This document shows positions 26,298 through 35,076 of a stretch of DNA of 64,000 nt, piece by piece. The first letter of the stretch is position 1; the number at the start of each line of letters is the position of its first letter. The stretch comes from Anaerolineales bacterium (GTDB lineage Bacteria; Chloroflexota; Anaerolineae; Anaerolineales; UBA11579): positions 1,071,838 to 1,135,837 of the forward strand of contig OY760067.1 of assembly GCA_963662985.1 (NCBI GenBank), read 5' to 3'. The notes below the pieces were generated by a model. It saw nothing but the letters and a program-made list of their open reading frames with translations. It had not been told where the DNA came from and searched no databases. Both the position numbers and the translations under genes were made by a program.

Positions 26298-27011
26298 ATG
26301 AAAAATATCACCACCATCCTTTTTGACTTTGACGGCACCCTTTATCATCACAACCTCAACAATGATCCTGAATATTGGCATTTTGTTGAATCCCTCGGTG
26401 TCCCCGTAACCCAAACCCTCATTGATCAAACCGAAATTTGGCGCAAAAACTACTACGCCAATTCCCCCGAATACATCAACGATCGCGAATCCATCAAACA
26501 CACCCATGCCTCTCTCTGGCGCATCTTCACCCGTCGCAAAATTGAGCTCTTTGGCGACTATCCTTCAGAAACCTTAGACCAATGGGCACAAATGATCTGT
26601 GACGATGTTGAATCCCGCATCAGTCGAGACGGCCACCTCGGCGAAAACGTCATCGAAACCCTCACCGCCCTCAAACCTCATTACAAACTGGGTCTCATCA
26701 CCAATCGCACTGTCCCCGTGGATTTCCTCTTAAAACAAGAGAACCTCTCTCACCTCTTCGACACTCACTACACCGCCGGTCAAGTCGGCTACTGGAAACC
26801 CAGTCCCCGCATCTTCGATCGTGCCCTCCAAGAGCTCAACGTCCAACCCAGCCAAGTTGCCTACGTCGGTGACAATGTTTTTGCCGATATCGGCGCCGCC
26901 CAACAAGCCAATCTCACTCCTATCCTCCTCGATTTAAAAGACAACAACCCAGAGGTAGAATGCCAAGTCATCAAAAACATCCAAGACTTGCTCCCCATTT
27001 TTCTTCCCTAA
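26298..27011 (+). CDS. HAD family hydrolase (copy 1)
   Basis: Motif I is ILFDFDGTLY, motif II is GLITNR and motif IV is YVGDNVFADIGAA. Confidence 0.8.
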   Translation: MKNITTILFDFDGTLYHHNLNNDPEYWHFVESLGVPVTQTLIDQTEIWRKNYYANSPEYINDRESIKHTHASLWRIFTRRKIELFGDYPSETLDQWAQMICDDVESRISRDGHLGENVIETLTALKPHYKLGLITNRTVPVDFLLKQENLSHLFDTHYTAGQVGYWKPSPRIFDRALQELNVQPSQVAYVGDNVFADIGAAQQANLTPILLDLKDNNPEVECQVIKNIQDLLPIFLP

Positions 27012-27108
27012 TCAAAGCTATTCAATTCCCCTGCCCCCCTTGCCAAAGGGGGGAGAGCGACGAAGTCGCTTGGGGGATTTCCCTCCAAAACTGTGTTAAA
27101 ATTCGCCT

Positions 27109-27840
27109 ATGAAAAAAATAACCACCATTCTCTTTGACTTTGACGGCACCCTCTATCATCACGACTACGACAACGACGGCCACTATTGGAAATTTCTCGA
27201 TTCTCTTGGCTATCCCACCACTCCCGCGCAACAACTCAAAGTCGAACAATGGACCCATTACTATTTCGCAAACTCCCCCGAAATTCAAGAAGACAAAGCC
27301 AACGTCCAACCCCTCAACACCTCGATGTTCCATCTCTTTAATCGTCGCAAACTAGCCCAAATCGCTACCTGTGACGATGCCACCCTCGACCAACTCGTCG
27401 AGCAGGTCACCCACTTTCTTGATCACAACGTCACCGGAAATTCCTATCTTGGCGAAGATGTCATCCAAACCCTCACCACCCTCCGCCCTCACTACAAACT
27501 CGGGCTCATCACCAACCGGTCCAATCCCGTCAACGAACATCTCGAAACCCTCAACATTGCCGAATTTTTTGACACGGCCTATGCCGCCGGAGAAGTAAAC
27601 GTCTGGAAGCCCAATCCCCAAATCTTCGACCGTGCCTTCCAAGAGCTCAACATTAACCCCGAAGAAGCCATCTACGTCGGAGACAATCACTTTGCCGATG
27701 TTGCCGCCGCCATCGAAGCCAACATGCTCCCCATCCTCATCGACCCCAAAGGCACCTTTGAAGACCCCGGTTGCAACGTCATTCACAAAATTTCCGATCT
27801 CCTCCCCATCCTAGAAACCCTCAACGCCCCCAACGCATAA
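27109..27840 (+). CDS. HAD family hydrolase (copy 2, tandem paralogue)
   Basis: The motifs are ILFDFDGTLY, GLITNR and YVGDNHFADVAAA. It shares the 15-nt leader TGTTAAAATTCGCCT with copy 1. Confidence 0.8.
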   Translation: MKKITTILFDFDGTLYHHDYDNDGHYWKFLDSLGYPTTPAQQLKVEQWTHYYFANSPEIQEDKANVQPLNTSMFHLFNRRKLAQIATCDDATLDQLVEQVTHFLDHNVTGNSYLGEDVIQTLTTLRPHYKLGLITNRSNPVNEHLETLNIAEFFDTAYAAGEVNVWKPNPQIFDRAFQELNINPEEAIYVGDNHFADVAAAIEANMLPILIDPKGTFEDPGCNVIHKISDLLPILETLNAPNA

Positions 27841-28499
27841 TGCAAATGCGTCTCTCCACCTTCCCCCAATCCTTCTACAATCGCTCCGCCCTCGAAGTAG
27901 CTCCCGATCTCATCGGCGCCCTCCTCATCCATCATGACCCTCAATCCCCACCCAACACACCTCCTCTCATTGGCGTCATCACCGAAACCGAAGCCTACTG
28001 TGGACAAGAAGATCAAGCCTGCCATGCCCGTGTCGGTCGCACACAGCGCACCGCACCCATGTTTGGCCCTCCCGGTCACGCCTATGTCTATTTCACCTAC
28101 GGCATGCATTGGCTCTTCAACTGCGTCACCCAACCCATCGGGGAGCCCCACGCCGTCCTCATTCGTGCCGTCGAGCCCCTCAATCATCATCCCCTCATCC
28201 AATCCCGCCGAGGCAAACAACCCCGCAAACAATGGACCAATGGCCCCGCCAAACTCACCCAATCCTTCAACATCCAAGTCGAACACAACAACTTAGACCT
28301 CACCACGCCCCACACCTCTCTCTATCTCGCTCCCTGCATCCAAACCAATCCCACCCAGCTCCTCACCAGCCCCCGCATCGGCCTCTTCACCGTTCCCGAA
28401 CCCTGGAAGTCACTCCCATGGCGCTTCAACGCCCCTCTTCCAGCCCAACTCGCTCAACAAGCCACAGATTCACTCACCCCAATACTTAACCTCCATTAA
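27840..28499 (+). CDS. mpg: DNA-3-methyladenine glycosylase (Mpg/AAG family)
   Basis: The motifs are FYNRSALEVAPDLIG, GVITETEAYCG, DQACHA, GHAYVYFTYGMHWLFNCV and AVLIRAVEP. The ATG at 27840 overlaps the TAA of the HAD gene (TAATG). The track's upstream extension from 27771 lies inside HAD copy 2. Confidence 0.85.
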   Translation: MQMRLSTFPQSFYNRSALEVAPDLIGALLIHHDPQSPPNTPPLIGVITETEAYCGQEDQACHARVGRTQRTAPMFGPPGHAYVYFTYGMHWLFNCVTQPIGEPHAVLIRAVEPLNHHPLIQSRRGKQPRKQWTNGPAKLTQSFNIQVEHNNLDLTTPHTSLYLAPCIQTNPTQLLTSPRIGLFTVPEPWKSLPWRFNAPLPAQLAQQATDSLTPILNLH

Positions 28500-28578
28500 T
28501 CCTCATCTTCCTCTTTGCAATTCCAAAATCCCCCAACTCACGGTACAATTTACAACACTTGATTGATAAGGACGGCAT

Positions 28579-29043
28579 ATGTTTAAAAGAAGAGAAGACC
28601 AACCCGAACAAAACGAAAACACATTTTCCCAACCCATCGAACGCATCACCTCAGTCATTGGGGAAGGCATCATGGTCACTGGTCGCATCTCAGGCGAAGG
28701 TGGCGTGCGCATTGAAGGCACCTTTGAAGGAGAAGTCAACCTCAATGGTCTCCTCGTCATCGGCCCCACCGGCAAGGTCAATTGCAAAGACCTCCAAACC
28801 AAATCCATCATCGTCGCTGGTGCCGTGCGTGGCAACATCACCGCCAAAAAAGTAGACATTCGTGAAACCGGTCGAGTCTGGGGCGATGTCCGCACCGAAG
28901 CCATCTCCACCGAAGAAGGCGCCTTTTTACGTGGTCAAATGATTATGGAAGAAGATCTCCAAATCGACTACTTTGATCAAATCGCCCTCGAAGAAATGCA
29001 AAACACAGCATCAATCGAGCAAGATACCCAATCTAAACAATAA
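28579..29043 (+). CDS. Bactofilin family cytoskeletal protein
   Basis: The repetitive beta-helix core is SVIGEGIMVTGRISGEGGVRIEGTFEGEVNLNGLLVIGPTGKVNCKDLQTKSIIVAGAVRGNITAKKVDIRETGRVWGDV. Confidence 0.85.
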   Translation: MFKRREDQPEQNENTFSQPIERITSVIGEGIMVTGRISGEGGVRIEGTFEGEVNLNGLLVIGPTGKVNCKDLQTKSIIVAGAVRGNITAKKVDIRETGRVWGDVRTEAISTEEGAFLRGQMIMEEDLQIDYFDQIALEEMQNTASIEQDTQSKQ

Positions 29044-29080
29044 AAAAAGCGGAGAAAAAATTCTCCGCTTTTATTTTTTT
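29044..29080. terminator. Bidirectional terminator between bactofilin and the convergent 29094 gene
   Basis: The stem pairs agcggaga (29048-29055) with tctccgct (29062-29069). It is flanked by A and T runs. Confidence 0.8.
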
Positions 29081-29093
29081 TAACTAAATAATA

Positions 29094-29849
29094 TTAATCG
29101 TCTTTTTCCGCAAAATTCAACAAAATCAAATTAGCATCACATTCCCCATAAGTCGTCACTTGGATTTTCGCTGATTGCAAATAATTCTCCTGATCGATCA
29201 TTGCCACGCTCAACAGCCCACTTGTGCCCACTGGCGCATCCGCAATCCGGAATTCATACGCTCCTGGTCCATAAATTGAATTAAGCGTTGGGTCACCCGT
29301 ACGCGTCTTCACCCACACATCATTGCCTTCCAAGTCACCAAACAAAATCATATCTTGTTGCACGATCGGTATCCCGTCTTTATTAAACACCTGACCCGCA
29401 ATAATCATCGTATTACAACCTAAATCTGGATAAAAAATCTCCGAGCTCAACGCCACAGGGCTTCCTTGTTGAGGTTCATATGCAAAATAAGAAGGAGTAG
29501 GGGTTTTTGTTGGCACAGCTGTCGGCACATCTTCTTCCACCGTCGCCGTATAAGTCGGTGGCACGAAGGTAGAAGTCGGTTGCAAGGTCGCCGTTGCGGT
29601 TGCAGGTGCATCCGTAGCAGTCGGCAACATCGTCACCACTGGCGCCAAAGTCACATCCACAGTCGCAGTCATCTCCGCCGGCACCGTCAAAGGGATCCCC
29701 GTCGGAGGAAATGGATTCAAATCAGAATCTGGAAAAATAAACACAAAACTATAAAACAACACCAAAGCAATCGCCAGCAACAAAACCCCCACAGTCAATG
29801 CAGAAAAGAAAAAATTTCCTAATCGAAAAGTAGTCTTGTTTTTCGCCAT
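29094..29849 (-). CDS. Hypothetical membrane-anchored exported protein with Pro/Thr-rich linker
   Basis: An N-terminal TM segment (FFFSALTVGVLLLAIALVLFYSFVFIF) is followed by a PT-rich spacer and a C-terminal beta-rich domain. I recognise no family motif. Confidence 0.5.
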   Translation of the reverse strand: MAKNKTTFRLGNFFFSALTVGVLLLAIALVLFYSFVFIFPDSDLNPFPPTGIPLTVPAEMTATVDVTLAPVVTMLPTATDAPATATATLQPTSTFVPPTYTATVEEDVPTAVPTKTPTPSYFAYEPQQGSPVALSSEIFYPDLGCNTMIIAGQVFNKDGIPIVQQDMILFGDLEGNDVWVKTRTGDPTLNSIYGPGAYEFRIADAPVGTSGLLSVAMIDQENYLQSAKIQVTTYGECDANLILLNFAEKDD

Positions 29850-29876
29850 CCGATCACTCCATCATTCAAAAACAAA

Positions 29877-30782
29877 TTATTGTGCTATTTGAATTGTACT
29901 GGAAACCTTTGTTTCGGCGAGCCAATCTTGCAATGCATTTTCTTGCAAAATCAACAGCAAATCATGCGAAACTTCCCGTTCCACATCACGTTCAATCACT
30001 TCCGCCACATGGAACCCATCGGCAGTCGTAATCACTTTGCTAAATTGCCCGGGTTGCAAAGCAAAAATTGCATCTTCCAAGCCTTGGTCAAACATCACCC
30101 CTCGCGGAAACCATCCCAAATATCCCAATCCTTGTGGATCATAATTATCCACGCGTGAATCAAAAGTAGAGCCATCCACCAATTGGTTATACACCCGCAA
30201 TGCATCCGCTTCATTCAGAAAGAAAATCTCTCTTGCCAAAACCTGTTCTTGCACTGCCGGCACACCTGTCACAATCTGATCACGCATCCAAGCCGCTTCA
30301 ATCTCGCGTCGCAACGCCGTTCGGAAGCTATCCGCAGAATAATAATTTCCTGCCAGCCAAGCATTAAATGCATCCTGTCCACCAGCAGATTCAATCGCTG
30401 CCAAAACTCGTGCATCTAATTCTTCTTCGCTCAACACAAATCCGCTTTGTTTTGCCCGTTGGCTCAACAAAACTTGTGCCACCAATTCATTGATCACCGC
30501 CATGCGCACATCATCCGTAGCCAAAAAATCACCCACTTCAGCTTGTGCCGCTGCATAACGTGCCACACCCGCTTCCACTTCAGACACACCCACTGCTTCG
30601 CCATTAATCGTCACCGCAGCTGGCTCTTGTGTCGGAGCCAATGTCGCCGTCGGTGCTTCCGTAGCCACTTCCACCACCATCGTTGCCGTTGGCACTTCCG
30701 TCACCACCACTTCTTCAGGGCCACAAGCCGTCAAAGCCAACATCATCAAGCTTAACATCAACAAGAATAAAAATTTTTTCAT
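29877..30782 (-). CDS. Lipoprotein peptidyl-prolyl cis-trans isomerase (SurA/PrsA-like parvulin)
   Basis: The signal peptide ends in the lipobox LALTAC. The parvulin block is QPGQFSKVITTADGFHVAEVIERD. Confidence 0.7.
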   Translation of the reverse strand: MKKFLFLLMLSLMMLALTACGPEEVVVTEVPTATMVVEVATEAPTATLAPTQEPAAVTINGEAVGVSEVEAGVARYAAAQAEVGDFLATDDVRMAVINELVAQVLLSQRAKQSGFVLSEEELDARVLAAIESAGGQDAFNAWLAGNYYSADSFRTALRREIEAAWMRDQIVTGVPAVQEQVLAREIFFLNEADALRVYNQLVDGSTFDSRVDNYDPQGLGYLGWFPRGVMFDQGLEDAIFALQPGQFSKVITTADGFHVAEVIERDVEREVSHDLLLILQENALQDWLAETKVSSTIQIAQ

Positions 30783-31417
30783 AGTTTTTCCATTATTTCA
30801 GTTTGATTTTCAACCAATGCATCCAAACGATCCAACAATTCCTTATAAGACTCCAGCAAATACCCACTCATTCGTTTCGAAAGCACAGCATACACTTCAT
30901 GATAATACCAAAGAGATCCTTTTTTACCGCCCGTGAACACCTGCCACAGTTCGTCCCCAATTCGCTCATAATCCCGATACACAGAGGTTAAATTGCTCAT
31001 CTTATCAGCAATCACAATCTCCAACACTTCCATCGGTGCCGTTTCCAAATGCTTCAAATAGACTTCTTTACGTCCGCGCCATGGTGGTTTCGGTTCCCCA
31101 ATCGAATCACTCAACGCAAGCACCAACTCCGCCACATGTTCCCCAAATTTCTCTCGGATCTTAATCAAAGTCGGTTCTCCGCCTTGATCTTCCACCGCAT
31201 CATGCAACAAAGCCGCAATCACTTGGTCTTCCGCCCCCCCATTATCCATCACCATATACGCCACCCCCATCAAATGCGCCACATAAGGCACCTTGCTTCC
31301 CTTGCGCAACTGCGTTCGATGCAGCTCCGATGCCATCAAAAATGCTTCATTAAATCGATCAATATTCATTAGTGTATTATAACGAATCCTCTCAAATCTG
31401 CCATCCAAGATTAACAA
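30779..31417 (-). CDS. HD domain phosphohydrolase (RelA/SpoT-hydrolase-like, HD_4)
   Basis: The defining block is ELHRTQLRKGSKVPYVAHLMGVAYMV...ALLHDAVEDQG. A likely alternative start is the ATG at 31367-31369 (MNIDRF). Confidence 0.75.
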   Translation of the reverse strand: MLILDGRFERIRYNTLMNIDRFNEAFLMASELHRTQLRKGSKVPYVAHLMGVAYMVMDNGGAEDQVIAALLHDAVEDQGGEPTLIKIREKFGEHVAELVLALSDSIGEPKPPWRGRKEVYLKHLETAPMEVLEIVIADKMSNLTSVYRDYERIGDELWQVFTGGKKGSLWYYHEVYAVLSKRMSGYLLESYKELLDRLDALVENQTEIMEKL

Positions 31418-31435
31418 ATCCTCCTTATCTCTTAA

Positions 31436-31465
31436 TCAAAAAAGCGAGTGGCAAAGCCACTCGCT
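31436..31465 (-). terminator. Rho-independent terminator after the 31474-32490 gene
   Basis: The stem pairs gcgagtggc (31444-31452) with gccactcgc (31456-31464). The - strand T-run is the complement of 31437-31443. Confidence 0.8.
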
Positions 31466-31473
31466 TACATTAT

Positions 31474-32490
31474 TTATAATGAATTCTTTTTATAATTACT
31501 ATAAAGAATTCTAGTAATCAACAATATCCCAATTAATGACAAAACAATAAGCAAAGGACTAAGATACTCAAATGAAATAATATACCAAGAAAACAATGTA
31601 TATAAGATAATAATAGAGAAAAAATACACTCCAATAAATTGCCAAATAACCTGTATTTCCTTATTATTCATCCATTCTTTTTTCTTCTTATCTTCACCCA
31701 TAGGGATATTCTTTTTATGTATATTTCTAAATTCCACTTTTATTTTATGGAAAAAGTAAAAAATTGAATTAGATATATTTCTAGTAAAAAATCTTAGTTC
31801 ATCAAATTCATACTTTTTGTCCAAAAACATAGCTTCAAACAAATACCCCAAAAATAAAATTGCAACAGGAAAGATAGCAGTAGAAAATGGAGATAATAAA
31901 AGAAACGGAAGTAGTTCCATTTTTATTGAATTATTTTTATCCTCATAAATGTCAAATCCTTGAACAGATTCAAAAATGTACAACCAATCTTCTCCTGAGA
32001 ATTCCATTTCAAAAGAATAATTAGAAAAAGATTCTCCAAAAACATGAATCTTTTGCAAAGCTTCTAATCCTGGCTGTAAATCATAAATAATGTTTTTTTT
32101 AAATTTTTCATCATAATTACTTTCAAGTATTTCAGATAGTAATAAACCATGATCAATTAAATCTTTTTCCCTAAATGTTGAATACGTTTGAAAATCATCA
32201 AACTCATTTACATACATTTTTAACTTCTTTAAATCATGTTGAGAAATATTTTTTACTTGCAAATATATATAATTCAAATCCTCAAAGTTCTTATAGAGTG
32301 GAACTATTATTTCATATTCAAGCATATCTTCAATCGAACCATCAAAAGTTACAAAAAACTGTTCAATTGATTTTTCATACATTCCATATCCCATTGAATC
32401 AAATCGATAATAAACAAATAAAAACAAAATAGTAAAAAATATCGAAAAAAACCATGTAATTCTTTTATTGGGTATTGGTAATTGAAACAT
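31474..32490 (-). CDS. Hypothetical membrane protein in a markedly AT-rich island
   Basis: This is a 338-aa protein with 1 N-terminal and about 3 C-terminal TM segments and a Lys/Asn/Phe/Tyr/Ile-rich composition. A strong AGGAGGG lies upstream of the ATG. I recognise no motif. Confidence 0.5.
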   Translation of the reverse strand: MFQLPIPNKRITWFFSIFFTILFLFVYYRFDSMGYGMYEKSIEQFFVTFDGSIEDMLEYEIIVPLYKNFEDLNYIYLQVKNISQHDLKKLKMYVNEFDDFQTYSTFREKDLIDHGLLLSEILESNYDEKFKKNIIYDLQPGLEALQKIHVFGESFSNYSFEMEFSGEDWLYIFESVQGFDIYEDKNNSIKMELLPFLLLSPFSTAIFPVAILFLGYLFEAMFLDKKYEFDELRFFTRNISNSIFYFFHKIKVEFRNIHKKNIPMGEDKKKKEWMNNKEIQVIWQFIGVYFFSIIILYTLFSWYIISFEYLSPLLIVLSLIGILLITRILYSNYKKNSL

Positions 32491-32544
32491 ATTTCCCTCC
32501 TAACTCTAAATTAATGATTAATTAAAGTATAACATTTCTTTTAA

Positions 32545-32580
32545 TCAAAAAAACAGCCCTTTTCTCAAAGAGCTGTTTCA
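32545..32580 (-). terminator. Terminator after the aldo/keto reductase gene
   Basis: The hairpin pairs aaacagc with gctgttt (32551-32557 and 32572-32578). The - strand T-run is the complement of 32545-32551. Confidence 0.6.
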
Positions 32581-32600
32581 AAATCAAATCTAATAAGCAT

Positions 32601-33557
32601 TTACGCCAAGATTTCTTCGATCTTCACCAACACTTCCTCATCCAACTTACCCGCCAATTCGCCGGCTTTCACATTAGATTCCAACTGAGACACCTTGCTT
32701 GCGCCAGTAATCACACTGCTCACTTCGTCTCGGCGCAAAATCCACGCAATCGCCAACTGAGCCGCGGTCATTCCCAAATCCTTCGCCAAAGCGCTCAACG
32801 CACGCGTTTTCACCAAATGCGCTTCCGTCAAATAGCGGTTGATAAACTCAGGGTTCGACACAGCTCGGCTATCTTCCGGCACGCCGTTATTATACTTCCC
32901 AGTCAACACACCTTGTGCCAATGGGCTAAACACCGTCAATCCAATCTTCTTATTCTCTGTTACCGTCAGCAAATCATCTTCCACTAACTCACGGGAGAAC
33001 ATATTATACAAAGGTTGTTCCATTGTAGGCCCGATCAAATTTCGTTCCTTCGCAATCCCATTCGCCTTTGCAATTTGCGCCGCTTTCCACATAGAAGTTC
33101 CCCAATAGAGAATCTTCCCCTGTTGGATCAAAATATTCATCGTCTCCACCACTTCCTCAATCGGCGTGTCTGGGTCATAACGATGTGCAAAATACAAATC
33201 CAAATAATCCGTGTCCAAGCGTTTCAAACTGCCATGCACACTTTCCATGATATGTTTCCGAGAAAGTCCACGTCCATTTGGTCCCTTTTGCGTCGGCCAA
33301 AACACCTTGCTCGAAATCACCAATTCGTGTCGCGGAATATCTTTAATCGCCTTCCCCATCACTTTTTCAGATTCACCCAATGCATAAACATCAGCATTAT
33401 CAAAATAATTGATTCCTTTTTCATACGCCAATTTCAACAAATCTGTTGCAGTGCGCACATTCACCGAATCCCCAAAAGTGATCCAAGAACCAATTGAAAT
33501 TTCACTAACCTTCAAGCCCGAACGGCCTAACTTACGATAATTCACTATTACCTCCAT
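32601..33557 (-). CDS. Aldo/keto reductase (Kv-beta/YajO-like)
   Basis: The protein has YRKLGRSGLKVSEISIG, FDNADVY (Asp/Tyr), SSKV (Lys) and AHRYD (His). A possible true start is the GTG at 33543-33545, after GGAGG. Confidence 0.85.
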   Translation of the reverse strand: MEVIVNYRKLGRSGLKVSEISIGSWITFGDSVNVRTATDLLKLAYEKGINYFDNADVYALGESEKVMGKAIKDIPRHELVISSKVFWPTQKGPNGRGLSRKHIMESVHGSLKRLDTDYLDLYFAHRYDPDTPIEEVVETMNILIQQGKILYWGTSMWKAAQIAKANGIAKERNLIGPTMEQPLYNMFSRELVEDDLLTVTENKKIGLTVFSPLAQGVLTGKYNNGVPEDSRAVSNPEFINRYLTEAHLVKTRALSALAKDLGMTAAQLAIAWILRRDEVSSVITGASKVSQLESNVKAGELAGKLDEEVLVKIEEILA

Positions 33558-33561
33558 TAAT

Positions 33562-33593
33562 TAAATAATAAAACTGTCTTTCTTAAGACAGCT
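33562..33593 (-). terminator. Terminator after the NmrA-like gene
   Basis: The stem pairs ctgtctt (33574-33580) with aagacag (33585-33591). TTTTATTATT follows on the - strand. Confidence 0.7.
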
Positions 33594-33665
33594 TTATTTG
33601 ATTTCATCTTTCGTCAAAAATTCAGAAAGAGTATTCTATTTATCTAAGAGAGGAAAGTAACCGAC

Positions 33666-34541
33666 TTATAACAACCCTGCTACATAGTCCTTCATAGAGG
33701 TCAGGTTTTCTTCACCAATCAAGTCCACCAAGTCTGTGCTCACATTTTCAGCCCATCCCTCAGCATACCCAAATTGCATGCTAATCGAATCCCACATCTG
33801 ATATTGTTTCGGAACACCCAACTCCGTCAAATAAGCCTTCACAGCATCAGGTGTAGATTCTTCAAACGTCATCGACTTACCAGAAAGCTCATTCAACACC
33901 TCCACCACATCCTTCACCGTGAAAGTATCCGGTCGTGTAAAAGTATAAGTCTGATTCTCATGCCCATCCGTTCGCAAAGCCACAGCCGTCGCGCGTGCCA
34001 TGTCATCACGAGAGACCAAATTTAATCCTCGTCCTTTTGTCAGGCTCAACACCTTCCCCGTTGCAAAAGCGCGCTTCACATCCTTTTCAGTGAAAAAGAC
34101 CTCCAAATAGAAAGTATTCCGCAAAAATGTAAAAGGCATCCCCGAAACACGAATCGCGCTTTCAGTCGCAATATGCACATGCCGCAAATCAAACAAAGCA
34201 CTTTCAGGATAGGCCAAACTAGTATAAAAAATATGCTTCACTCCAGCTTCGCGAGCCGCCTTCACCACCCCCACATGGTCCACAATCCGCCCAAACGAAT
34301 CCATATTACTGCTCGAGACAAACAACAAACGATCAATTCCAGCCAAGGTATCCTTTTCATACCCATTCCCAGAATAATCACCATAACGCAATTCCACCCC
34401 TTGTCCCTTCAAATTTGCAGCCTTTTTCTCATCACGATAGAACGCCACAATATCTTTCGGGTTCACCCCATCTTCCAACAAATAATCCACAACCTTGCCA
34501 CCCAAATGGCCTGTTGCCCCAATCACACCAATTTTTGTCAT
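33666..34541 (-). CDS. NmrA-like / atypical SDR NAD(P)-binding oxidoreductase
   Basis: The N-terminal Rossmann motif is IGVIGATGHLGGKVV. The protein is 291 aa and is divergently paired with an HxlR regulator. Confidence 0.75.
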   Translation of the reverse strand: MTKIGVIGATGHLGGKVVDYLLEDGVNPKDIVAFYRDEKKAANLKGQGVELRYGDYSGNGYEKDTLAGIDRLLFVSSSNMDSFGRIVDHVGVVKAAREAGVKHIFYTSLAYPESALFDLRHVHIATESAIRVSGMPFTFLRNTFYLEVFFTEKDVKRAFATGKVLSLTKGRGLNLVSRDDMARATAVALRTDGHENQTYTFTRPDTFTVKDVVEVLNELSGKSMTFEESTPDAVKAYLTELGVPKQYQMWDSISMQFGYAEGWAENVSTDLVDLIGEENLTSMKDYVAGLL

Positions 34542-34567
34542 TATTCAAACTCCTTATTCAGATATAT

Positions 34568-34596
34568 TTGACCTTATTTAGTAAATATACTATAAT
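34568..34596 (+). promoter_or_regulatory. Sigma70-type promoter candidate for the HxlR gene
   Basis: The elements are TTGACC (34568-34573), a 17-nt spacer and TATAAT (34591-34596). Confidence 0.6.
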
Positions 34597-34613
34597 ACGA
34601 AAATAAATTCAAG

Positions 34614-34633
34614 TACGATATTTTTCTATCGTA
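34614..34633. promoter_or_regulatory. Inverted repeat TACGATA-N6-TATCGTA, candidate HxlR operator
   Basis: The perfect 7-bp arms lie at 34614-34620 and 34627-34633. The repeat sits in the NmrA/HxlR divergent region, just downstream of the predicted hxlR promoter. Confidence 0.45.
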
Positions 34634-34668
34634 TATATCTTAAATGAAACTAATAAAGAGGTTCTTAT

Positions 34669-35043
34669 ATGACCACCAACATCACTGTCCAAGATTTCGA
34701 CTGCCCCTTCACCACATCTCAAAAAGTTCTCTCCGGCAAATGGTCCCTCCCCATCATCTTCTACTTAAAAGACGGCCCCCTGCGCTTCAACGAACTCCTC
34801 CGCCAATTCAACATCACCCACGCCACCCTCACCAAGCAGCTCAAACAGCTCGCTAGCTATGGCGTCATCCAACGCAAATCCTACGATCAAGTCCCGCCCA
34901 AAGTAGAATACTCCCTCACCGACCTTGGTCAAAAGCTGATCCCCACCATCCAATCCCTCGCCGATTGGGGCAAAGAATTCATCACCTATTGTGAAGATCA
35001 TCCTCACGTCATTGAGTTTGAACGTCCCCCTCTCTACAAATAA
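34669..35043 (+). CDS. HxlR family transcriptional regulator
   Basis: The winged-helix block is CPFTTSQKVLSGKWSLPIIFYLKDGPLRFNELLRQFNITHATLTKQLKQLASYGVIQRKSYDQVPPKVEYSLTDLG. Confidence 0.85.
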   Translation: MTTNITVQDFDCPFTTSQKVLSGKWSLPIIFYLKDGPLRFNELLRQFNITHATLTKQLKQLASYGVIQRKSYDQVPPKVEYSLTDLGQKLIPTIQSLADWGKEFITYCEDHPHVIEFERPPLYK

Positions 35044-35070
35044 AAAAGCTACCTTCCTAGGTAGCTTTCT
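35043..35070. terminator. Bidirectional terminator between hxlR and the metH activation-domain gene
   Basis: The stem pairs agctacct (35047-35054) with aggtagct (35059-35066). A and T runs lie on either side. Confidence 0.75.
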
Positions 35071-35076
35071 ACTCAA

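Noticed and set aside
27022-27333. A 103-aa - strand ORF spans the HAD1-HAD2 intergenic region. The GC hairpins at 27034-27070 at first looked like a repeat element.
   Set aside because: The ORF is antisense to HAD copy 2 and has a low-complexity translation. The hairpins occur once only and are best read as a terminator-like structure, not a CRISPR or MITE-like repeat.
27771-27839. The ORF track gives a 23-codon upstream extension of the mpg ORF.
   Set aside because: The extension lies entirely inside the HAD copy 2 coding region in another frame. It translates to a Pro/Arg-rich string. The ATG at 27840 gives the usual family N-terminus and a TAATG coupling.
28503-28910. This 135-aa - strand ORF is antisense to the bactofilin gene. 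Other ORFs of 60-170 aa are antisense to the mpg and HAD genes (27352-27786 and 27783-28286).
   Set aside because: They are mirror-frame artefacts of well-supported + strand genes. Their translations are rich in Gly, Val, Asp and Glu or in Pro, Ser and Thr, without motifs.
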